NCBI GenBank assembly: GCA_016197005.1
Contig: JACPWO010000004.1
Coordinates: 70,305 to 134,304, forward strand
DNA from: Candidatus Anderseniibacteriota bacterium
GTDB taxonomy: Bacteria > Patescibacteriota > Andersenbacteria > UBA10190
DNA: 64,000 nt
Direction: 5' to 3'
The notes beneath the pieces are model-generated. The model was not told the origin of the DNA, made no database searches, and saw only the letters and a list, made by a program, of their open reading frames with translations. Of this stretch, positions 9,334-17,180 are shown in pieces (position 1 is the first letter of the stretch; each line of letters opens with the position of its first letter). The translations under genes were made by a program, and so were the position numbers.

Positions 9334-10693
9334 GCACAGCCCCGAGTGGTTTATCGAGAAAATTCTTGGTAACCAGCTATGGCAGAAACAGCGGCTAGTG
9401 GCGCGGGCAGTTGCTCGCCGCAAGCGCACAACCGTTCGCAGCTGCCACGGAGCGGGCAAGACATTCGCGGCTGCTAACATCGGTATCTGGCACCTGTTAG
9501 CTCATCCGGATAGCATCGTGATAACCACTGCACCCACGTTCCGCCAAGTAGAGGATGTGCTCTGGCGCGAGATGCGACAGATATGGGCGAAGTGCTCGTG
9601 GGCAGATATGTTTGGCGCAACTATGCTCACGACCAGGCTGGAGCTATCGGAAAAATGGTATGCCACAGGAATATCAACGGACGAGCCGGACAAATTACAG
9701 GGCATTCACGCGCCGCACGTACTGGTGATTGTGGATGAGGCGGCTGGAGTTGAGGAAGGCATCTTTGAGGCTATTGAGGGGATTATTTCATCAGAGGGTG
9801 CAAAACTCCTTTTGATTGGTAATCCTACGAATCTGTCGGGCACCTTTTACAACAGTTTCCGCGACCCGGCGTATGCGCAGGTGCATATTTCGGCGAACGA
9901 TGTGCCGAATGTCCGTTCTGGCGCGAATGTCATTCCCGGCCTCATTTCCCGTGAATGGGTACAAGAGATGAAGAAGCAGTGGGGCGAGGATAACCCTATC
10001 TACCAGGCTCGCGTGCTAGGTGATTTCCCAGAGCAGGGTGCGGATACCCTGATCCCACTCAATAAAATAGAGGCGGCAGTTGACCGCAAAATTGCGGAGG
10101 ATGAGAAAGGCGCGATTACTGCCATCGGCGCTGACATTGCCCGCTATGGGACAGATAAGACGGTCTTTGTCGCTCGACGGGGTAATACGGTGGTTGAGAT
10201 TCAGAAGCACAGCATGAAGGACACGATGGAAACAGTCGGGTTGCTGTATGCGTTCATGCGCAAGCATGACTTTCCTACTACACGGATCGATGAGATTGGT
10301 GTCGGGGCTGGAGTGCTCGATCGGCTAAGGGAAATGAAGGGGGTAAGGGTTGAAGGTATAAACGTCGGGGCGACCGCCCGTGATACAGATCAGTTTCGCA
10401 ACAAGCGGGCGGAGTTGTATTGGAAACTGCGCGAAAAATTTATGGACGATCAGATTGCAATACCGGACGATACGGAACTCATGAGCCAGCTGGCCCGCAT
10501 CAAATACAAATTCAGCTCTACTGGCGTGCAAATGGAAAGTAAAGACGAGATGCGTAAGCGCGGGTTGGGCAGTCCGGACGTAGCAGACGCACTTACCCTC
10601 TGTTTTATGCCTACCTATGACGTCAGCTTCAGGTATACACCAACGACCGATCCGCGCTATAAGCCACTGTTTAGACGAAGCCAGTGGTGGTAA
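9275..10693 (+). CDS. terL: Phage terminase large subunit
   Basis: Walker A RSCHGAGKT, Walker B VIVDEA, GNPT, RNase H-like GADIARYGTD and SPDVADAL; start probably 9275 or 9281. Confidence 0.95.
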   Translation: MKMPRNISQSEDEVARRLLKHSPEWFIEKILGNQLWQKQRLVARAVARRKRTTVRSCHGAGKTFAAANIGIWHLLAHPDSIVITTAPTFRQVEDVLWREMRQIWAKCSWADMFGATMLTTRLELSEKWYATGISTDEPDKLQGIHAPHVLVIVDEAAGVEEGIFEAIEGIISSEGAKLLLIGNPTNLSGTFYNSFRDPAYAQVHISANDVPNVRSGANVIPGLISREWVQEMKKQWGEDNPIYQARVLGDFPEQGADTLIPLNKIEAAVDRKIAEDEKGAITAIGADIARYGTDKTVFVARRGNTVVEIQKHSMKDTMETVGLLYAFMRKHDFPTTRIDEIGVGAGVLDRLREMKGVRVEGINVGATARDTDQFRNKRAELYWKLREKFMDDQIAIPDDTELMSQLARIKYKFSSTGVQMESKDEMRKRGLGSPDVADALTLCFMPTYDVSFRYTPTTDPRYKPLFRRSQWW

Positions 10694-10754
10694 TTATGGC
10701 TAGAATGGTCACAATTCCATAAAGGCGCGTAATTTAGGCCATTGTGGCCATTGT
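10693..10754. repeat. Iteron-like site 2, same geometry as site 1
   Basis: ATTATGGCT AGAATGGTC (10693-10710), 26 bp, GGCCATTGT GGCCATTGT (10737-10754). Confidence 0.7.
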
Positions 10755-10875
10755 TTTACTACCTGCACAGTTTAGGTAATCTGTGCAGTTTATGGCTGAC
10801 TTGCTGGCGTTTGTGGGTGAGGTAACATCGCGATGGTGCAAAGAATTGCACCATTAAAACCTATGATGCAGATAA

Positions 10876-11457
10876 ATGTATATGAAGCAGCAAATGAAGG
10901 CTTCGGCCTACCATTTAAAGCCAGCTGAGGTACGCAAGCTGGTCATAGCCACCACGAACTTTAGAGACCGGTGCATCCTTAAAACCCTCTATTGGCTTGG
11001 GTTGCGCCGTAAGGAGTTAGTTGATCTAGATGTCCGGGACATCGATTTCGAACGTAAGAGGGTAACTGTGCGCCAAGGGAAGGGTGGTAAAACCCGAATA
11101 GTGCCGATCATTGACGATGAGTATCTGGGTGACCTGAAGCACTTGATAGGTAAACGTAACGCCGGGCTGGTCTTCACGAATAGTACCGGCGGGTCGCTGG
11201 CAATAAGGACAATAAATTACGTGGTAGAGAATACCGGTAAGCGGGCGGCTATACTTAACCCCAACCCTGCCCGCCAACACTTAAATCCGCACATATTCCG
11301 GCATAGCATAGCCCGCTATCTCAAATCGAAGGGATTTACCGCCGAGTGGATTCAGAACTTTCTCGGTCACCAGTCGTACCAGACAACGATGGACATGTAC
11401 GGAACGATCTCTATCGATGAGATGCAGGAGATTGCGGAGCGTAAGTTGGCTGATTAA
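10876..11457 (+). CDS. Small tyrosine recombinase (catalytic domain only)
   Basis: GLRRKEL, GKGGKTR, PHIFRHS, LGH, TTMDMY; 193 aa. Confidence 0.93.
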   Translation: MYMKQQMKASAYHLKPAEVRKLVIATTNFRDRCILKTLYWLGLRRKELVDLDVRDIDFERKRVTVRQGKGGKTRIVPIIDDEYLGDLKHLIGKRNAGLVFTNSTGGSLAIRTINYVVENTGKRAAILNPNPARQHLNPHIFRHSIARYLKSKGFTAEWIQNFLGHQSYQTTMDMYGTISIDEMQEIAERKLAD

Positions 11458-11557
11458 CCATTAAACTTTACTTGCCTATAAGTTGATTAATAAGGCACTA
11501 AGAGCCACAATAGTCATACAACTTAATTGCCTAAACCCCGCGAATTTAGCGAGGCAT

Positions 11558-11687
11558 GGCAGCAAAATCAGGTCTAGGCCATTGGTGGTCTTCTGTTCAG
11601 CACCCTAGACCTGTCTATGCCCGAAAGGGTATAGGGCAACTGCGAAAGTGGTTGTCGCTGACGGGAGACCTCTTGTTGTTTTCCGTC
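11558..11687 (+). ncRNA. Candidate structured RNA or leader, unknown class
   Basis: Consecutive hairpins 11569-11613, 11615-11634 (GAAA loop), 11635-11656 (GAAA loop) with G-U pairs, closed by CAGC/GCTG. Confidence 0.45.
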
Positions 11688-11712
11688 GGATTAACCGGAT
11701 CAGGAAAACACA

Positions 11713-12840
11713 ATGGCAATAGTTATATCACAAAACGGCCGGAACGCAGTCAGGATCGATAAGTCCTCTTTTGAACAAGAGGATTACCTGCAGCGATACA
11801 TTTACGACAACCCCGACAGTATCCCGCTCTACGATATAAAGGAGGACATTCGCCTCCTTATTTTATCCCGCGAATTTCCTACCACCAGCGGCCCAATTGA
11901 CGCAATCGGCATCGACAAAGAGGGCGAGAACTACATCATCGAAACCAAGCTCTATAAAAATCCTGACAAGCGTACGGTCATCGCCCAAGCCCTGGATTAC
12001 GGCGCTGCGCTCTGGAAACACGCTAGCGACTTTAGCGAGTTTCTGGCCACGCTTGATACCCACACGCAGAAAGTATTCGGACTAAGTGCCGCCGATAAAA
12101 TTCAGGAGTTCTTCCAGCTGCCTACCGAAGACGCCATCGCCGTTATCGACAAAGCTCGCTCCAACCTCAACGATGGTGTTTTTCACTTCGTCGTTCTTAT
12201 GGACAAGCTGGATGACCGTCTCAAAGACCTCATCCTCTACGTCAACCAGAACAGCCAGTTCGATATCTACGCTGTCGAGCTGGAGTATTACAAGCACGAT
12301 ACCTACGAAATTATCATCCCGCGTATCTTCGGAGCAGAGGTTAAAAAGGATATCTCAACAAAGAAATCATCTGGACAACGCTGGGACTGGGATTCGTTTA
12401 AGCAACGCCTGGCCGAGTCCGGCGAGGAAGCAATCACCGCCGCCAGGCAAATCATCGACTGGGCAGAGGATAATAGTGTTTCCGTTGGCTGGATGACCAA
12501 CCAGATTGGCTCGTTTGTTCTTGGTTTTTCGGCTCCGGGCAAAAAAGTATTCTTTCCGTTCTCCGTGACCGGAGATGCTGTGATTTCCTGGAATACCCCG
12601 CACCAGGGGGACTACAGCCCAGTGCCATTTGATAGGCGGGAGAAGCGAGCCGAGATATTGGAGCGCCTGAGATCAATTAAGGGCGCAACTGTTGATGTGG
12701 AGAACGTGGATGGCTACAGCGGATTCAAACTGCCGCTCCAGGCGATGGTCAATGAAGAGACACGGCGTGAATTTTTCGCAGTGTGTTTATGGATCAAGGA
12801 AATGCTGAATCGACCGCTCCGATCCCATGTACAAACTTGA
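11713..12840 (+). CDS. PD-(D/E)XK nuclease-domain protein (NucS/DUF91-like)
   Basis: REF...GPIDAIGID...IIETKL...VIAQALDY. Confidence 0.75.
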   Translation: MAIVISQNGRNAVRIDKSSFEQEDYLQRYIYDNPDSIPLYDIKEDIRLLILSREFPTTSGPIDAIGIDKEGENYIIETKLYKNPDKRTVIAQALDYGAALWKHASDFSEFLATLDTHTQKVFGLSAADKIQEFFQLPTEDAIAVIDKARSNLNDGVFHFVVLMDKLDDRLKDLILYVNQNSQFDIYAVELEYYKHDTYEIIIPRIFGAEVKKDISTKKSSGQRWDWDSFKQRLAESGEEAITAARQIIDWAEDNSVSVGWMTNQIGSFVLGFSAPGKKVFFPFSVTGDAVISWNTPHQGDYSPVPFDRREKRAEILERLRSIKGATVDVENVDGYSGFKLPLQAMVNEETRREFFAVCLWIKEMLNRPLRSHVQT

Positions 12841-13435
12841 CGAGTATGAAGAGCTAAAGCGTAAGTATGGATCATATGGGAGTTGGGCAGTTTGGCGCCA
12901 TAACAATGAGAGCGATACATCAGTCATTGACGAGCATGTTGAGGAACTTCATTCTCGATTCATATTTCTGGGGTTGAACGTTTCTCAATCGCTAGGCAGC
13001 GCTGCCTGGGTAAATTTTCATGGCGGTAAGCATGCCCGGAAACTCAAGTATGCCCTCAACGATACAAAATTAAGGGGGTCGTACATTACCGATATTTTTA
13101 AAGACCTGCCCGCACCAAAATCAAGCGATATTGTGAAAATTTTGGCTGACGATCCGTCACTCATCACGCAGAATGTTGAGTTTTTTAAGCGGGAGATGGC
13201 AGACATCAGGGTGACAGCTGAGTCCGTGTTTGTTGTCCTCGGTACTCCCACCTCTTATATTTCAAGGTATTTTCGTACGTATTACCATCATAATTTCTCA
13301 AACCTCAAGTTCGTGAACTACTACCACTACGCATACTACGCTCTCACCGACAGTACATGGGTTGAGGGCCTCTGGAATGAACTTGGTGTAGAGGCTCGTT
13401 ATGACCATATCAGAGGGATGTATACCAAAGAGTAA
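12827..13435 (+). CDS. Hypothetical protein, possibly uracil-DNA glycosylase-like fold
   Basis: SWAVW, FLGLNVS, NFHG, YITDIFK; overlaps upstream gene. Confidence 0.6.
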   Translation: MYKLDEYEELKRKYGSYGSWAVWRHNNESDTSVIDEHVEELHSRFIFLGLNVSQSLGSAAWVNFHGGKHARKLKYALNDTKLRGSYITDIFKDLPAPKSSDIVKILADDPSLITQNVEFFKREMADIRVTAESVFVVLGTPTSYISRYFRTYYHHNFSNLKFVNYYHYAYYALTDSTWVEGLWNELGVEARYDHIRGMYTKE

Positions 13436-13472
13436 TAGGCAAAAAAGACGCCATAGCTCACCTCCACGGTGG

Positions 13473-13507
13473 TTGACGTGGCTGCTGTGGTCGCATAGGA
13501 TGACCAT
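13473..13507 (+). promoter_or_regulatory. Sigma70-type promoter with overlapping inverted repeat; leaderless start
   Basis: TTGACG-17-TAGGAT, ATG 6 nt after -10; TGGTC...GACCA flanks the -10. Confidence 0.6.
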
Positions 13508-13801
13508 ATGAGTACTCTTAAACCTATTGGTGATTTACCAGCAGCACAGCAGCAAGCGTTGTTTGTTATCCTCCGTTTTCACCGACCGGGGTTTAGAACT
13601 TCAGAGATCCGGGACAAAGTGGGTAAAGATACTAGTGGCCGTTCTATTGGGGCGGTGCTGGGTGCGCTCTATCGCAATGGTTATCTTGAGAAAATCGCGG
13701 GCGGTAGGGATAAGCTGTGGAAGTTGGCAGCTCAGGTGGAGGAAACGCGCAATGAAGTGGCGCAACAGTTAGTGGAAGTTAAGAGCTATTGGAGCAAATA
13801 A
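13508..13801 (+). CDS. Small winged-helix protein, probable regulator of the RM-like operon
   Basis: FRTSEI...GRSIGAVLGALYRNGYLEKI...LWKL wHTH pattern. Confidence 0.7.
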   Translation: MSTLKPIGDLPAAQQQALFVILRFHRPGFRTSEIRDKVGKDTSGRSIGAVLGALYRNGYLEKIAGGRDKLWKLAAQVEETRNEVAQQLVEVKSYWSK

Positions 13802-13805
13802 TTCT

Positions 13806-16800
13806 ATGAGTTCTTTTATCATCACGAACGAAGGCACGAAGAATCTTAAAGGCAGGTTGTCTGAGCTTATCCAGAACAGCAAAGAGCTCAAATTTCTAGT
13901 GGGCTTCTTTTATTTTTCGGGTATTCGCGAACTATATGAAAGTTTGAAGGATATGCCTAATATTCAGGTGGACGTTTTAGTTGGTCTTAATGTAGACCGG
14001 GCGGTACATGGAATTGTGGAGTATGGCGACCAGACAAAAAACCTCACCGATCGGGAACGCTTTACTCGTTTTCTTGAATCCGTATCACGGTCAATAAACT
14101 CGAACGATTTTGATACCGAAGATTTTTACACCCAGATCAAGTATTTCTTACATCTCATCAAAGATGGCCGTTTACGCATTCGCAAAACCTATAACCCAAA
14201 TCACGCCAAGTTGTATATCTTCAAAATCAAAGACGATATCAAGCATTTAAAAGAGGCATTTTTTATCACAGGTAGCAGCAACCTGACGCGAGCTGGTTTA
14301 ATGTCACAGGAGGAGTTTAATGTTGAAATAAGCGATCATGGGGTCGGTGATGCCGAGGATTATTTTAAGCAGTTATGGGAAGAAGCTGTCAGGATTACGG
14401 AAAACGATGAGTTCAAGCGGCAACTCATTGACCTCATTGAGCGTAAGACGCTAGTTGCCGGGATAACCCCTTTTGAGGCTTACGCCCTCGTGCTCAAAAA
14501 CTACCTTGATTCAATTAGCCAAAAGCAACTGCGGAAAAGTATTCCAGAATTGCTGTCTAAGAAAGGTTACCAGCCCTATAAATATCAGCTTGATGCAGTG
14601 TCACAGGCACTTACAATAATCGAGAACTATAACGGCGTAATCGTGTCCGATGTTGTGGGCCTTGGTAAAAGTATTATCGCTGGAATGATCGGCCGAAGTC
14701 TCAATAAACGGGGGATCATTATTTGTCCACCTGGTTTGATTGGTGATCCGAATAAGAAATCAGGATGGGAAAAATATAAAGAGGATTTTGAACTTTACGA
14801 TTGGGAGATCAGATCATTGGGTATACCGAGCTTAAAACATACGCTGAAGCTCGTTCAGGAAAGTGATGAGTATGAGGTAGTGATAGTAGACGAGGCGCAT
14901 CGGTTTCGGAATCAGGACACGGAGGCCTATGAGTTACTGAGCAATATTTGTCGCAATAAGATCGTGATTCTACTGACAGCGACTCCCTTTAATAACTCGC
15001 CGGCTGACATATTCTCTTTGCTCAAACTTTTTGTTATACCCGGCAGATCGAAAATCACACTGGATAACCATTTAGACACTAAGTTCAAGGTGTATAACAA
15101 CGAATTCGATAAATTGTCGTATATCAGAAAAAATCATAGTTCTGCTAACCCGCAGAAACGGGGAAAAGCCCTCGCCTTTTATGAGAGTCTATTTGAATCT
15201 AAGTCAGTTGAGCTGAACGAGGTGCAACGGCGAGCGAAATACTTAGCAAACAGTATTCGTTCTGTCATTGAGCCGGTGCTTATTCGGCGCAATCGCATCG
15301 ATCTCAAACAAGACCCAGAATATTCAAAGGAAGTGTACGAGCTCTCTCAGGTTGATGATCCCAAAGAGCTGTTTTTTGAACTGACAAAGGAGCAAGCGAA
15401 TTTTTATGACAGAGTGATCAACAAATACTTCGGCGAGGAAGGGGAATTTCGTGGAGCTATATACCGACCATTTGTATATGAGGAGGGAATTAAGCCAGAG
15501 GATCAAAAGCGCGTGTTGGGGCTGGAGAAGAATTTTGAGTTTCAATCCCAGTCACAGCTTTACGACTTTATGCGGCGTTTAGTCGTCAAACGATTTGAAA
15601 GCTCCTTTGGCGCTTTCCGTCAAACCATCATGAACCTCGAAATGGTGACGGAAAAAATGCAGCAGTTTATCAAAAACTCGGATGGCAAATTCATTCTTGA
15701 TCGGAAGCTAATCGAGAAGATTTATGAAGAAGAACTGGATGTCATCGAGGAGGAAATAATTAAGTTTGAACAGAAACTAGGCGAAGGTAACTACCCAAAA
15801 TCCTACAAAGTGTATGACGTGAACTCTTTTAAAGAAAAGCAGCGCTTTTATGCTGATATTGAGGCTGATCTTAAGTTATATAGAAAAGTCAGAGATGAAC
15901 TTGAAGACCTTAAACTGGTGGACAACGATCCAAAACTAGCCGGGCTTATTACCGAAATTCGGAATATATTGAATGCTGATCATCCCTTGAGTGAGCCAGA
16001 ACGCAAGGTTGTTGTTTTTACCGAGTATACGGATACGGCCACCTATTTAGAGGACGAACTCGAGAAGCACTTCCCAGAGCAACTTTTAACGGTGGGCAAG
16101 TCTCTCCCCGCCAGTCGCATCAACGAAATACTGATGAACTTTGATGCCAGCTACCACGAGCAAGAAAATAAGTACCGCGTGTTGTTAGCAACCGATAAGA
16201 TTTCTGAGGGGTTTAACCTCAATCGGGCGGGTGCGATCATTAATTATGATATCCCCTGGAATCCTACACGTGTTATCCAGCGGGTTGGTCGAATCAATCG
16301 TATCAGTAAGAAAGTCTTTGAGCGGCTTCATATATACAATTTCTTCCCTACTATACAGGGATCGGACATTGTGAAGAGTAGACAGATTGCGGCCGACAAG
16401 ATGTTTTTGATTCACAATACTCTTGGCGAGGACTCAAAAGTGTTTGAATCGGATGAGAAGCCGACAGCGGCTAAGCTGTTTACAAAAATCATGCGCAATC
16501 CGGAAGCGCATGAAGAGGCGAGCTTTCAAACTAAAATCCGACAGAAATATTTTGAACTCGAGAAAAGCGCGCCTGATATTATTGGCCGTGTCGCGACACT
16601 GCCATCGCGGGTAAAGGTAGCCAAGCGCTACGAGGCTGATAATCTTCTTGTGTTTATCAAGAAAGGTCTTGGGTTCTTCGTGCGCGGCATTGTTAAGGAG
16701 GATGTAGTCGAGGAAATGCTTTTTGAAGAAGTTATTCATCACATTGAGTGCTCTAAAGAAGAACGAGCGGTGCAACTGAGCGAACGCTTTTGGGGTAGCT

Positions 16801-17180
16801 ATGAAGCGGTCAAGGAGTATAAGGACAAGACGAAGATCGCATCCAGTGAATTGAGCCTGGAGAAGAAAGCACTGAATAATCTTAAATCGTTGCAGGGCGA
16901 CCCAAGCCCTGATTTAGAGCTTCTGCTGCCCTTCATCCGTGACTTAGTTGAGGATTTGCTAGATTACAAAACCCTACCTGACTACACCCTGCGCCGCATT
17001 GCTAAACTTGATACACAGACGCGGGTGCCAGAGAAGCGACTTAAGATGATCCGCGAATTACAAGGGGTTCAATCTCAACTTGGGGTCGGATTTATGGAAA
17101 TAACTAAGCGCCGATTGGGTGAACTTCAGAATGAAGTAATCATTGCCATAGAGAACGTCACCCACTATGAGCAGAGATAA
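13806..17180 (+). CDS. PLD-family nuclease fused to SNF2-like SF2 helicase
   Basis: HAKLY...GSSNLT; DVVGLGKS, DEAH, TATP, SEGFNL, QRVGRINR. Confidence 0.92.
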   Translation: MSSFIITNEGTKNLKGRLSELIQNSKELKFLVGFFYFSGIRELYESLKDMPNIQVDVLVGLNVDRAVHGIVEYGDQTKNLTDRERFTRFLESVSRSINSNDFDTEDFYTQIKYFLHLIKDGRLRIRKTYNPNHAKLYIFKIKDDIKHLKEAFFITGSSNLTRAGLMSQEEFNVEISDHGVGDAEDYFKQLWEEAVRITENDEFKRQLIDLIERKTLVAGITPFEAYALVLKNYLDSISQKQLRKSIPELLSKKGYQPYKYQLDAVSQALTIIENYNGVIVSDVVGLGKSIIAGMIGRSLNKRGIIICPPGLIGDPNKKSGWEKYKEDFELYDWEIRSLGIPSLKHTLKLVQESDEYEVVIVDEAHRFRNQDTEAYELLSNICRNKIVILLTATPFNNSPADIFSLLKLFVIPGRSKITLDNHLDTKFKVYNNEFDKLSYIRKNHSSANPQKRGKALAFYESLFESKSVELNEVQRRAKYLANSIRSVIEPVLIRRNRIDLKQDPEYSKEVYELSQVDDPKELFFELTKEQANFYDRVINKYFGEEGEFRGAIYRPFVYEEGIKPEDQKRVLGLEKNFEFQSQSQLYDFMRRLVVKRFESSFGAFRQTIMNLEMVTEKMQQFIKNSDGKFILDRKLIEKIYEEELDVIEEEIIKFEQKLGEGNYPKSYKVYDVNSFKEKQRFYADIEADLKLYRKVRDELEDLKLVDNDPKLAGLITEIRNILNADHPLSEPERKVVVFTEYTDTATYLEDELEKHFPEQLLTVGKSLPASRINEILMNFDASYHEQENKYRVLLATDKISEGFNLNRAGAIINYDIPWNPTRVIQRVGRINRISKKVFERLHIYNFFPTIQGSDIVKSRQIAADKMFLIHNTLGEDSKVFESDEKPTAAKLFTKIMRNPEAHEEASFQTKIRQKYFELEKSAPDIIGRVATLPSRVKVAKRYEADNLLVFIKKGLGFFVRGIVKEDVVEEMLFEEVIHHIECSKEERAVQLSERFWGSYEAVKEYKDKTKIASSELSLEKKALNNLKSLQGDPSPDLELLLPFIRDLVEDLLDYKTLPDYTLRRIAKLDTQTRVPEKRLKMIRELQGVQSQLGVGFMEITKRRLGELQNEVIIAIENVTHYEQR

